From: Epithemia pelagica
Lineage: Eukaryota; Protista; Bacillariophyta
Assembly: GCA_946965045.2 (NCBI GenBank)
Contig: OX337231.1
Coordinates: 124,001 to 188,000, forward strand
DNA: 64,000 nt
Direction of reading: 5' to 3'
Shown in pieces: positions 46,360 to 59,514 of the stretch. The notes under the pieces are model-generated. The model worked only from the letters and a program-made list of their open reading frames with translations, did not search any database and had not been told where the DNA came from. The first letter of the stretch is position 1. Every line of letters starts with the position of its first letter. Position numbers and translations under genes: made by a program.

Positions 46360-47698
46360 GATGCTATGGTTGTTGGTTGATGTTGTGGAGAACGAGACTT
46401 GGATTGCAACAAAGCCGTGAGAGTGCTTCGTTCGTTCGTTCGTTCGTTGTTTTGGATCTTTTTGGGCCGTCGGTCTTTTTCGGAGGAGTCGGAATATCCC
46501 CCGTTTCCACACGAGACGACAAGATACGACGACGACGACGACCACCACCAAACAACGAGAGAGAGAGAGAGAGAGACCGAAATTTTTGGGACGACGAAAC
46601 CTGTTGTGGAGAAATCTCCAAGATTCGTCCACCACCACGACGAGATTTCACTCGGGCCTACTGTCTACCACCGTAGGCTAGCCTACACTATCTACAGAGT
46701 ATAGGAAGTACCAGTACCAATGTCCGCGACAGAGTATTGCGGTTCGCTTCGGTACACAGTCGCGGAAAAGTTGTCATGGATCACAATGGGTCGCGGAAAA
46801 GTGGTGGGGCTTGGGTGGGGCGACGTGGATTCGGAGGGGGTTCGGTCCAAGAAGAGAAGTCCGAACGGCACCCCCAAGTGCAACGTGTGCAATTCTCTCT
46901 CACAACATGGTGCAGATGGTGTCGGCCTTCTGCCTTTCGTTCCGACCCACAAAAAACAGATTGCCAATGGCCACTGCGACGACACACAGTAGTCGTTGTC
47001 GTTGTTTTGTCGTGACAAGAAGAATGCGCAGAACAAGGAAACACCTGTTGTTGTGTGGAACAGAAGTCCCCATCATCTGTTCGGTGTTCCAAAATGTGGA
47101 TGCCCAAAAGATTCTCGTGTGTGTGTGTGGTTTCTCTCGTGGACAGGAATTGAATGACAAGCACCGCATCATCGTCCAAGAGAAATTGTCGTTTCTGAGA
47201 TTGGGGTGACGACGACAAGACAAAGGTTTGCACCTTTTTTCGGAAAAGGAAAAAGACAAGAGCGGCGGCAGCGGCAGCGAGAGAGAGAGAGAGTGCAACG
47301 AGAGAAACAGAGACACCAATCACAGCAGGTATTCGAAACAGACAAACCAAACGAGAGGGGGGCCCAACACAAAGTGTCCCTTGTGCGTGTGTGTCTTGTG
47401 TGTGGACCAACCAGGAACACCCACCAGCAACAACAGAGGTACGGTCGTTTTCGAATGGTGGTTCTGGTCGTTGTCGTCGTCGTTGTGGTCCCTTTTTTCT
47501 TCTCACAGTGTAGTACGCCCTTCTCCCCCTGACAGCAGCAGCATCCTTGGTCCACAACCGAGTGTGTGTGTGTGTGTGTGTGGCAGCCCCAAAAGTGCAC
47601 GACGACGACGAAAAAGAGTTGAACGAGAGAAAGTGTGTGTCATTATAATTGTGGAGAAACAGCGCATCGACGAGAACGACAACGATCTATCCACCAGA

Positions 47699-50600
47699 AT
47701 GGTCATGGTGCGACAACAACGACAACAACAACGACAACAAGAGGTTCCCTACAGTCGTTCCGACGATGTCGACGATTACAATTACAATGGACGACGCTAC
47801 TTGTTTGGGGCCAACGACGATTACGACAATGACGACGACGACAACGACCAAGAAAAGGCCGAGGAAGACAATGACACCAATGACGATACCACCAATGACA
47901 AGGACGATACCATGAATGATTGGTGGAAGTTGGATGATGACGAGGAGGTAGCAACCAATCAAGAAAGCCTGGATGAACCAGGGCAGTGGTGGAAGACGTT
48001 GTCGTCGTTGTCGTTGACGTCGTTTCCCAGTCTTGACTCGCATTTTGTCTCCTTTTTGGACCAGCAGCGGCAACCGAAACCATTTCATCATCGTTATCAT
48101 CATCATCGTGGTCGATTGTTGACTAATACGGACGATGGTTGGAATGCCTTGGATTGGACCTGGTCCTATCACGACTTGTTTCACTCCGTGGTCTTTTTAG
48201 TGGCCGTCTATGTCGGGGGCAAACTGGTTGGTGGGACCAGCCGTGGTCGACGTCGACGACAAGGTTCCCGAGGAGTCACCTCTTCGAACAGCAAATCCTT
48301 TGTGTGCCGCGATTGGATTCCAGCCATTCCGTCCTGGGTCGGACACGTGCTCGTCGGTCTCGTTCTGGGACCACCTCTGGCCAATTGGGTACGTATCTCG
48401 TATATATTCTAGAGTGCGAGAGCGAGCCTCTCGGTTTGTCGCAATGATTGGGAAAGGAAGCAGGCCTTGTCACTCACTCCTACTGGTTTCTTCCATTCTC
48501 CTATTTGCCCTAATACAGGTTCCATCCCCCGAAAGCTTTGTCTTGTTGGGAGAAATTGGGTACGTGATGCTTCTGCTCTCATCGAATGTGTCGAGCGTGT
48601 GCGTGCAGAGAGAGAGAGAGAGAGGAAAAGAGACAGAGAGATGCATTCATGCTTTTTTTATTGCCAAAGGGACCGTGATTGCTCATGAAATATTTTTGTA
48701 CTGTTTTCTTTTGGTCTTCTTGTTTCTTTTGCTCCACATTGCTACTACGACTGCTACGGTTTGGACGTTGTGCTCTCCTTACACTTGTGTACACACACAA
48801 ACACACGGCTACTACTGTTACGACAGTTTGATTCTCATGATGATTGAAGCGGGCATGAATGTCGATATTTCCTTGTTTCGCTTTGTGGGAACGCGTGGCA
48901 TTTTATTGGCCTGGGTCGGTGCCATGATTCCCATGGCCTTGGGCATTGTCTTGGCCACCATTGTCTTGGGGAGTAGTGGCGGCGATCGTGCCGTGGCGGC
49001 AATTGCAGCCGGAGCCGCCTTTGGTCCCACGTCGGTCCGACTTGTGCAACAATCCTTGCAGCAAGCCCAGTTTGCCAATACGCCCGTGGGACACTTGATT
49101 GTCACGGCCGCCGTCCTGCAAGAACTCATGGCACTGGTGCTCTTGTCGGAATTGCCCGCCTTTGCCCGTGCCACGGCCGATACGGATGGTTCATGGAGTG
49201 TGTGGTCCCTCTTGTTTCCCATGATTACCTCGCGACTCTTTTTGGTCTTGGGCATGTGTTTGGTCGTCTTGTACATTCCTCCCATTTTGCAAACTCGCGT
49301 CTATCCCCACTTGACCACCACGTCGTCGAGGATGGGGAGGAATCATCGGACCACGCCCACCACTCGGTCCGGCACACCCCAAACGACGACTTCCTCGGCC
49401 CATGTGGGCAAATTGGAATTGGCCCTCGTCTTGGGATTGGCCCTCTTATTGATGGAAGGGGCGCATTATTTTCATGTGTCGCATCTCATGGCCTGTTATT
49501 TGGCTGGTCTGGCCTTTTGTACCAGTCCCACCCTGCAAGTCGAATGGATGCGACAATTGCAACGCGTCTTGCAATGGCTGTCACGACTCTTGTTTGCCGC
49601 CACCATTGCCTTTCCCCTCGGACCCTTTGTCTCGTCGCCTGACAACGCTGGGACATCGGCCACTCAAGTCTTGTTTCAAGGATTGATTCTCTCCTTTGCC
49701 TGGACCGGCAAGGTGGCCGTGGCCTTTTTGGTCCTGCCCAATTCCTTGTCCCATACCTCTCCGACCTTACCCCCCTATACCGGCTTGCATTTGCGCGATT
49801 GTTTAGTCACGGGCTGGTCCCTGGCCTGTCAAGGCGAACTCGCCTTGATTGTCGCCGTGACGGCCCGTGCGCATGACTTGGTGGATGGGACCTTGTATGC
49901 GTCCATTGTCGTGGCGGTCGTCTTGGCCAGTATTGTCCCACCCCTGGTCTTGAATCGCATTTTGCGCTATTACAATCACACCACGCACAAGGAATTGGTC
50001 CAGTTACTCGCCCAAGCCGAGTTGGAACGACGTCATGATTTGGATCATCCCCTCTTGTATCCCTCCAGTGCTAGTACGGGTGGTGGTCGAGCACGACGAG
50101 CTCAACGCATGGCCGCTCTGCATGGACAACACCCACAGTCGCAACAGCAACGACGAGCGGGTGGTGGTGCTGGCGGCATGACCCATTCTCCGCAAGAAGA
50201 AGACATTGCCGTCTTGATTGATTTATTGTCCATTTCGCAACGAGACAATCCCATTGCCAATACGGGTAGTGGTGTTGGTGGAGGAGGAGGTCCCGATTGG
50301 ATGTCCACCACCTCGTCTTCGGTTCCGTCTCATGGAGGCCCAGGTGTTTCACCACAAACGACGACCAGTTTGCGTCAACAATCCATTGTGTTCTTGGTCA
50401 TTCAAACCCAAGTAGAAGGCCAATGGGGATTGTTGCAATTGCAAATGTTGGCCTTGGCCAAACAGGGATTGGATGTCATTGATCATCGATTGTGGCATTG
50501 TCCTCCCCGACAACGACATCGCTGTGAACAAGCGGGATTGTTGACGATTCGGCAAAGTGGTGCCGTGGATGCCACCAAATGGATGAGTGAAGTCTATGTC

Positions 50601-52328
50601 AAGGCCATTTTGACCAAATCTCCCCACGATGGATTGACGGCCATGGAAGCCTTGGAACAACGCATTTTGGAAATTCGAGAAGCCCTCACGGCCTCCCTGT
50701 CCCAACCCGAAGAGGAAGGGGGTGTCCCGGCCAAGGTTCATGTCCAGCGGTGGTATCCCGGCATTGTGGAAGAAGTCTTGGAAACCACCCATGCCGACAA
50801 TACTAGCAATACGTTGGTCGAAGGTGGCAGTGGAAGTGACTTTGTGGGACTGTCGCAGAAAAAACAAAAGATGAAATCCAATACTACTGCTGATATCAAG
50901 TGGTACTTGACCTTGGACGAATCGGTCCACAAGCAAGTGCTGGCCAATGGCGTATTGAATGAACGGCAAATTCAAGAAATTCTCGAAAGTTTGCCAGCCC
51001 TCCATCCCGACACTTCGGAACAACGGACACCCAATGTGCCAGATGGACCACCACCGACCACGACGACAACTACAAGTCCGTCCGAAGATCCCGGTAGGGC
51101 GAGCAGCAGCGAGACGGATTCTGCGTTGGGACAACCACCCGCACCCGCACCAGCCAGTGCTTCTTCTTCTGCTTCTTCCTTGCCCCAACCGTCGCAACCT
51201 GTTCAAGAATATGACGACGACATGGCTCCCTCCTCCTCCGCGCCGTATTCTCAACCGCCACAACAGCAACGACGACAACGCTCACCAGTCATTGGGGGTG
51301 GATTGTTTCGGGGAGAAACTGTCACACAACAACGAATGGGCAGTGGAGGCAGTATTGGGAGCAGTGGACAACAACGACTCCAACAAATCATGGGACATCG
51401 CATTGCCATTTCGGTTGAAAACAATACCGAAACCTTTCATGGTCGCATGGCGACCAAGGATTGGAGAAAACTCCAAAACGCGTACAATACCAATCCCCGA
51501 GTCATGGACCAAGACCATGGCAGTGAAAATGACACTGGCAATGGGGACGACGACGATGATTCGGATAACAATTACAACATTTCGTACGGTGGTGGTGGTT
51601 TGAATCAAGATGTTGTGGATCTCTACATGCAACCCAACCTTCCCGATGTCACCGAACTCTTGTGTGGCTATGTGCGGGTCGATACTCCAGTCTTGTCCAT
51701 GCCGTATCCAGAATATGACCAGTCACCAACAACGCAGCAGCCACATCATCAACCATATTCGGACGGATTGACAGCGTCGCAGTTATCCTCAGCAGCGGCA
51801 GCTGGAGCCAATGCGGTGCTGTCATGGGGTGGACGGGGCCGGAATCGCGATGGCACATTGTCGGAGAACAACAACAATGCCTCGGGGCAATCCTGGGGTG
51901 ATGCCGTCCGAAACAAGGCACGTCAGCTTCGTCAAGGAGGTGCCAGAGCCATGGGAATGGCCGGTGCGGGGGGTGGCAACTATTCACCGGTTGGTCAACA
52001 AGATCCCATGTCCATGCTACCACAACCACCCCAGCGGCTCGATTCGGGGGGCGATGACATTGTCGAACAAGCCATGGAATTGCTTCATGTTCCCCCGGAT
52101 GCCCGGCGTGGTGTTCATAGTACTAGTCCCATGCCCACCAAAATGCCCGAAGATGCCTATTCGACCCATTTTGAAATTGGTGATGTGGAAGATCCCAATG
52201 CACCCGTACCGTCTCAACCACAGCCATCACCGTATCATTCCTATCCTCCCACTAATACAACCAAGACCACCAAGATACACTCGTCTCGTCATCCCGAAGA
52301 AGAGATTGAGTTTACTTCGTCGTCGTAA
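47699..52328 (+). CDS. CPA2-family cation/H+ antiporter-like protein with ACT-like domain and long low-complexity tail; join(47699..48388,48519..48559,48827..52328)
   Basis: VGLVLGPPL, LLGEIG, IEAGMNVD, FGPTSV, GKVAV and QGELA motifs, multiple TM helices, and WGLL...LAKQGLDVIDHR (ACT-like). The DD site reads QE. Confidence 0.9.
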
Positions 52329-52589
52329 AAATGAACTGCTCAACTGTGTATTGCTTGTTTACACTACTACTACTACATTTGCATGGACTATACTACCCGC
52401 TTCTTTGTGCTGACTGACACGGCCATTACCAATGGCTTTTTGTGGGGAAGGAATCTCACAAACGCTATGCCATTTGTGGCATGGCAGAGAAATGAAACTG
52501 GAATCATCCGGACAAAAGATGGCTTCTTCCACATATCGAGAAGAGACTTTGCACATGAATCACATAATATAGCTATGACCTTTCCATCT

Positions 52590-53090
52590 TACAGCCTTTG
52601 TATTCCGTTCTGTGATCAAACGAAATAGTGAAGTGGATTATATATCCTGCCTTACTTTCTGGTCCTAGAGTATGGTTAATGGTATGCTGTCACAGCCCTT
52701 GTCTGTTCCATTCTTTGATAAGTGAAGTGCATCTGAAATGCTGCCTTAGTTCCAAGTCCTAGAGTATGGATAACGGTTTGCTGTTACAGCCCTTGTCTGT
52801 ACCATTCTTTGATCAAACGAAAAAGTGAAGTCGATGATATATGCTGCCTGTTTCAAGTCCTTGAGTATGGTTAACGGTTTGCTGTCACAGCCCTTGTCTG
52901 TTCTATTCTTTGATCAAACGAAAAGTGAAGTGGATGATATATGCTACCGTATTTTCAAGTCCTAGAGTATGGTTAACGGTTTGCTGTTGCGTCTATTATC
53001 ATTCTTGGTAATTGCGAGGGTGGTGATAGAGAGTATATGGTTAACGGTTTGCTGTTGCGTCTATTATCAATGATGGTAATTGCGTAGATG
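52590..53090. repeat. Imperfect tandem repeat of about 94-102-bp units followed by a shorter duplicated sub-unit
   Basis: GTCC(T/C)(A/T)GAGTATGG(T/A)TAA-type anchors at 52662, 52756, 52857 and 52959. ATGGTTAACGGTTTGCTGTTGCGTCTATTATCA is repeated near 52970 and 53037. Confidence 0.9.
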
Positions 53091-53303
53091 GTGAAAGTAA
53101 CTCTTTTCATTTTTTATTGGAGTGTGCATTGTCTGGACCACAAAACACAAGAAACGGTACGGAAACAAGTGAATCATGGACTCTTCTTACCACAGGAAGT
53201 TGATGTGTAGTTTGTGCATAGTTTCGTGGTAATTGTGTATGTTTGTATCCATCCTCTAGAGAGAGGCAATCTACCATTTACATGTTTCTTTCGGCAAGTT
53301 GCC

Positions 53304-56300
53304 TCAAAACATGTTTTCTTCCCCTGTATGTACATCGTGAAATTCCATTTCTTCTTCGTCGTCGCCCTTTTTGAACTGTCGAGGTTGCTGCGTCAAAGGA
53401 GCATACGGTTGTGATGACGATGAGGAGGACTGGAGTAATTCCAAAGATTTTTGCAGCATACCAGGAGACGTCTGGTTCGGTTCCAACATGGGGGTGGTAT
53501 CGGACGACGACCGTTGATGCCGTGAACGCTGTTGTTGTTGTTGTTGTCGTTCGCTCGAGGGATCTTCTTCCTCTTCAATGATTCGAAATTCGTCCTTGGT
53601 TTCGGTAATTTGTGTCAAGGGTGGTGCATGGCCTCCATGACGAATGTATCCGTGCAACATGTCCGTGACATCGTCCGTGGTGGGTTGAATGTGAAGATCC
53701 ACGACATCTTCGGTATTGCTCCCGAGACCTTGAAAGTTTCCATAACGACTGTTGCCACTCCGACGATTGCCTTGATACCGTTGATGATAGGCTCCCCGCA
53801 ACTTTTTGAGCGTTCCGGTACTGACACGAACATCGTAGGTTTCATTGTCAATGGAGATTTCGGCTCGTCCGCTGGCCAGCGATACCGGTGTGGCATGATT
53901 GGGCAACAATTCGGCCGGTCCACCCCGACGATACTGCCATTTCCGCGGTGCCGACAGTGACGACGTTGACGAGGCTCGCTCGAGGGACGACGGCATGTGG
54001 ACTGCTGGTTCGTCGCCACCTCCTACCAAGGCACCAAAACTGTGATTGGTAATGCCTCGTCGAGGTGGCAATCCCATGGTGGGTAGAACCGTTTCTCCAA
54101 AGAGACCACCACCCACGACTGGTGAACTTCGGACTTTTCGACGACCTCGTCGACCATGGGAGTGATGTGTCGTATTGGTGGGATCGTCCATTCGCCAGAG
54201 CGAGTCGGGTTCCTCGTCATAATCATTGGAACTACTGACACCACCACCATCGCCACCGTCTCCTCCTCCTCCCCCGCCTCCCGAAGTGGGCAAATCGGGC
54301 AATCCTTCGAGAATTTCTTCGACCGACTTTTCTCGCGTCGCATTGGTTTGGACCGATTGTTTGCGAGTCAATCGTGCCGTGGCTTCCTGGAGCAAGGAAG
54401 CTTCCAAGGAAATGTGTCGTCTCAAGGGTCCATGATTGGATTCTTCGACAATTTGTTCCACGACACCGGGATACCATCGTTGGACCTTGACTCGTGCCAC
54501 GTCGGGTTGATTAATGGTCCGTTCCAAGGCTTGTTTAATTTCGTCCAAGCGATGTTCGAGGGCTTGTTGCGTGGAGGTAAAGCCATCTTCGGCATCGCCA
54601 GTCGAATTGTTGACGAGCCGTTGCAAGACATCCTTGGCATAAATTTCACTCACCAAGGTGGTATCAATGCCGCGGGGATGCCAGGCGCGATGATCAATCA
54701 CCTCCAAACCCAACTTGGCCAAGGTGGACATGAGCGCATGCATGAGTCCCCATCGTCCTTCGGAATGCGATTGAATGCACAAAAAGACGGCCGTCTGGTC
54801 CACAATGGATCCCACCAAATCTTGTTCGCGACGTTGCGATGACGTCAAGCCATCACTCCCCGTACTTCCCACCGTCACAACGCCGCCAGCACCACCCTGT
54901 GACCCATCGCCACCGCCACTACTGGTGTTTGTCGTATTGGCAGTCGTCCCACCACCACCCGTAGTACTACCATCCAATATCAGTGTATTGCGTTCCAATT
55001 CTTGATTGGCCAAATCCTTTAATTGTTCTTGCGCCTTGGTATTGTAATAGGCAATGGTGGCGCGCAAACAAAAGGGGGGAATAATGGTGGACAGTAAGAC
55101 AGCCAAGACGACACTGGCATACAACTCCTTGCCAATCAAGCCTTGTCCGACCGAAAAGACGGCAATGACAAAGGCAAATTCGCCTTCACTGGCCATGGAA
55201 AAACCCGTCAATAGACAATCGCGCAAATGCTTGTCGGTAAAGGCCGGTGATTGGGTAAAGTTGGGCACGAGAAAGCCCACGGCCAATTTGCCCACGAGGG
55301 CAAAACAAAAGATTAATCCCTTCCACAAGACTTGAGCTTGAATAAAATCCTTGATTGGGACTTGAAAGCCAATCGAGGCGGCAAAGAAAATGCGCAGCAG
55401 CCATTGCAAAATGCGTTTGAATTGTCGCACAAATTCCGAATGCAAGGTGGAACTGGTACAAAAGGCCAAGCCGGCCAAAAAGGTACCCATCAAATAACTG
55501 GCCTTGACGACATGGGTGGCCGGCATTAATGCCAGGACAAGGGCAAACAAGCAGGCCAATTCGGCCTTGCCCAAATGTTCGGGTGGCACGGCGGGATGCA
55601 ACCACGTTTGAATCAAGGGCGGCACACAAAAGAGGGCCAACCAACCACCCACGACCAAAAAGAGCGTCGCCGAGACGATTGGACTCAGAACGGTCCAGGC
55701 ATTGGTCGTGGCATCGTCATTGTTGAGGGATTCCAATTGCGACAGAACAATCAAGGCAATCATGTCATCAATGACGGCCGCGGCAATAATCAATTGTCCG
55801 ACGGGCGTATTGAGCAAACCACCCGATCTTAAGAGGGACAGTGCCACACCCACGGACGTGGGACCAAAGGTGGCACCCGCCGCCAAGCATTCGACGGGAT
55901 TGCGAACCGTGCCATCTCCAGTCTGAATGACAGTCGCCAACAAGATTCCCAAGGCAATGGGCAACAAACTGCCCACCACGGCAATCAACACACCTCGTGT
56001 TCCAATCAAGCGCAAGGACGAAACATCGACATCAATGCCGGCTTCCACTACCAATAAAATCAAACTGTGTGTCGTCGTGTTGTTGTGGTAGGTTGTGATT
56101 GTACAACCAAAACCAAACCAAGAAACAAGAAAACCAAAACCAAGAACAACAACAAGATGACAGAACCAAACAAAGAAACACAAAGTCGTTGTTGTTTCGG
56201 GGTCAGAAAAAACCAAACAAACAAACAAACAAGCGAGGCACAACCACAATTGCTCCACAACCACCCTGCAACACTGCGCAAAAGTGTGTGCTTGGACCAC

Positions 56301-56665
56301 AATACGTACCCAATTTCGCCGAGCAAGACAAAGGCTTCGGGATTGGGGACAAAATCCAAGAGGGGTGGTCCGAGGACAATGCCCACAACAATTTCGCCCA
56401 CCAACGCTGGCATTTTGAGCAGGACGCCCACCTTGCCCCCGAGGTAAATGGCGGCAAAAAAGACCATGGCATGATACAATTCTTGATAGGTAATGTGCAC
56501 CCCCATGACTTCTTCGGCATCGTCCTCATCGTCCGCCAAGACGTGACGGCGATACTGTGCAGTGGCAGTATGGTTCATTCTGGTGGTTTGGTTGTGGTAA
56601 TGGTGAAATTCCTCCTCCCACACGGACGTCGTCATGTAGGGTGGAGGAGGATTGGCATGCCACAT
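53304..56665 (-). CDS. CPA2-family Na+(K+)/H+ antiporter with ACT-like domain; join(complement(56310..56665),complement(53304..56064))
   Basis: PALVGEIVVGIVLGP, VEAGIDVD, FGPTSVG, AAVIDDMIAL (canonical DD at 55764-55769), VGKL and SEGEFAF. Its intron lies at the same GEIG|LIL position as in the paralog. Confidence 0.93.
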
Positions 56666-57597
56666 TGTGTTACTTGTGCCTGTACTGCTGGTGGTGGATG
56701 ATCTTCTTCTTCTTCTGCTTCGTTTCTCACCCCAGAACCAGACACTCCAAGAATGATTCAATCACACGCGCGCCACCGATTGTTGCGTCGGGTTGCTGTG
56801 GTTGTTGTTGCTGTTTGGCGCAAAAAAAAAAAGACGAGAGATTCCACACGAGAGAGAGAAAAGTGGTGCCGATGGGGCTTTGTCGTCGTTGTGGTTGACC
56901 AGGTGATGGTTGCCCCAGAATCACACGAGAGATGGTTCTCCTACAAATGATTGGTGATTCTGTCACTGGTTCGGGATACAATGATGATGATGATGATGGC
57001 ACTATACCTGATGGTGTTCTTCTTCTTCTTCTTCTTCGTTTGGTTGCGGTCGGACCACGACGACGGCACTTTTGGCTTCGGCCGGATGACTTCCGACGTT
57101 CGACCGAACCTTCTGTTGTGCGACCGGAAAATTATGTGCGACTGTTTAGGTGCGACCCCTTTTAAGCGACCTCAATATACGCGACCAGCAATGTGCGACC
57201 AACATAGATGCGACCACGGATGTGGCACAGACCCGATGAGGCTGGGACCGTCCAAAGATTCAACCAGTTCCGAATGGGGGGATCAGAATGACGACACACT
57301 TCGGCCATGGTGTCATGGTGGTTGCAACAGGGGGACCATAGGATACCACCACAAAGAGAGTGAGCGAGAGCGAACAACGTAGTACCAAGCAGCAACACGA
57401 ACAAGAGAGAGACGACACCGAACCACAAGAGATTGGATCGTCAGCATGGAGTAGAGTGTGTGTGTCGCTGCAATCATTCCAACAACCCCCGTTTCTCCTC
57501 TTCTTTGTGCTCCATTCACAAACGAACAAGAAGAAGAAGAAGAACACCCACAAACGACAGCCAGAATACCAACACTACTCCCAAGAGTCCAATCATC

Positions 57598-59514
57598 ATG
57601 ATGATGATGCGGATGAGTTGGCACCGAATTCTGGTACTCCAACTGCTGCTCTGTCTGGGACGGTTGCCAGGGTCCGTCTCGGAACCTAGTAGTAGTACTA
57701 GCCATGAGGAGGAATCACAACCACAAGACGTGCCGCCGAACCAGGACTTGGAACCAGACGACGACAAGGACGACGAAGATATCGTCTTGTGGATTTCCAA
57801 TACCTGGGCCGACTCGGTCGTACAATTGTCCAACCTTTCGGCACCCCTCTTTTCCCCATTGTTCGGCCGCAATACCACCACGATGAACAACAACAGCCAC
57901 ACCGTGTCGTCGTCGTCCCATAAGGTTCACATTCGTCATCGTTCGGGTGTAGTACCACCACTCCCTACTACCACACGACAGTCCAATCACAACAACAACA
58001 ACACATCCAGGATGAACGTTCCACACGCCACGGTCCAAACCCTCCTTTCGTCCTTGCCGGCACCGGGACACTTGCACTGGGAGACGTTTGCCACGACCAA
58101 CAACGACACGAATACGAATACGACAAGGACCACCACGACGAAGGCCGGTTGTGACTGTCAAGGAGGATACTTGTACGTGTCCGTCGGAGACACGGCCGAA
58201 ACCTCCAATATTGTCCGAGCCAAGGTCGAACTCACGCGACCCAACAACAACACCCGGTCTGTCGTGGTTGTGGTTTCGGAGCCACACTACCTGTTGCAAA
58301 CACACCCCACCACCACGGAACAATCTTCACCGCCGCCACCACCACCCCGATTGCGCATTCCCTCTCCCCAGGAGCGACGACAACCATCGTCCTTGGGTCG
58401 TCATTCTTCCAAGAAAGGGTCCAATGCGTTACCACCACAACCCGTCTTGATTCGGCCCTACGGCTTTGCCATTGATACGGTTCGACAGTGGTTGATTGTG
58501 GCCAGCTTTGTGACGGATCAACTCTTGGTCTATCACGTGGAGACGGGAGAATTTCTCCATGTCTTGGCCCAAGGCAATGGCACGGCCGCCGGCTTGCTCA
58601 ATGGACCCAATCATGTCGCCTTGCATCAACAAGACTTGTTGTATGTCACGACCCAAGGCAGTGCCTCGAGTCACACTGCCACACGAGTTCAGGGATCGAG
58701 TACCACTACTACTACTACCACACATTCCACCTTGTCGTGGGACCACAACAGTCAAATTCTCGTCTACAACCTGTCGACGGGAGAAGGACGGGTCTTTGCC
58801 ACACCGCAACCCTTGAAGGAGGACCGACCATGCTTGTCGTCGTCGTCGTCACCCAATTGCGACGACACCAACACCAACAACAAAACCAAGAACAAGAACA
58901 ACAACAACAACACGACGACGACAACTCCCCAGGACCGTAGCAAGAACAACACCAACAACACCAACAACCACGGCGTCAGCATGCTGGGCCTTCAAGTGGA
59001 TTGTAGCCTTTGGCTGCCGCCCCCTTCCAATCACACCACCACCATCGTGTCGACCTGGTTCCGTCGCCATGAACCAACCATCACCCCCAATAACAAGGCC
59101 GAATGGAGTCGACGGTGTCGGTTGTACACGACGGATTATTATGGAGTCTTGCGTGCCTACAATTTGACCACGGCGCAGTTGGACTATGCCGTTTCGACGC
59201 AATGGGCCCACGACTTTTGTGGGCCCCAGACCATGGTCGCAGGAGACTTGTCGATTGTGAACGAGGCCATTTATATTTCCGGATTTGATGCCAACACTCC
59301 GTCCCAACCGGGGTTTGTCCAACGATTTGCCGCATTGGATGGACGACCCCTGCCCTTACGGCACTCGTTACCACCATGCCAAGAACCACCCGCTTGGAAA
59401 TTGCATCCCAGCTTTGTGGTACCACCGCATCCGCAATTGGTACGACCCATTGGCATTGTGGCCTGGAGTCTCCCAAAACAAACGTTATCCTCATCCTCAT
59501 TACCACCCGAGTAG
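57598..59514 (+). CDS. Secreted NHL-repeat-like beta-propeller protein
   Basis: Signal peptide MSWHRILVLQLLLCLGRLPGSVS. Blade motifs YLYVSVGD, RPYGFAID, SFVTDQLLVY, LNGPNHVAL, LYVTTQGS, SQILVYNL, VSMLGLQV and LVRPIGI, with N/T-rich inserts between blades. Confidence 0.8.
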   Translation: MMMMRMSWHRILVLQLLLCLGRLPGSVSEPSSSTSHEEESQPQDVPPNQDLEPDDDKDDEDIVLWISNTWADSVVQLSNLSAPLFSPLFGRNTTTMNNNSHTVSSSSHKVHIRHRSGVVPPLPTTTRQSNHNNNNTSRMNVPHATVQTLLSSLPAPGHLHWETFATTNNDTNTNTTRTTTTKAGCDCQGGYLYVSVGDTAETSNIVRAKVELTRPNNNTRSVVVVVSEPHYLLQTHPTTTEQSSPPPPPPRLRIPSPQERRQPSSLGRHSSKKGSNALPPQPVLIRPYGFAIDTVRQWLIVASFVTDQLLVYHVETGEFLHVLAQGNGTAAGLLNGPNHVALHQQDLLYVTTQGSASSHTATRVQGSSTTTTTTTHSTLSWDHNSQILVYNLSTGEGRVFATPQPLKEDRPCLSSSSSPNCDDTNTNNKTKNKNNNNNTTTTTPQDRSKNNTNNTNNHGVSMLGLQVDCSLWLPPPSNHTTTIVSTWFRRHEPTITPNNKAEWSRRCRLYTTDYYGVLRAYNLTTAQLDYAVSTQWAHDFCGPQTMVAGDLSIVNEAIYISGFDANTPSQPGFVQRFAALDGRPLPLRHSLPPCQEPPAWKLHPSFVVPPHPQLVRPIGIVAWSLPKQTLSSSSLPPE

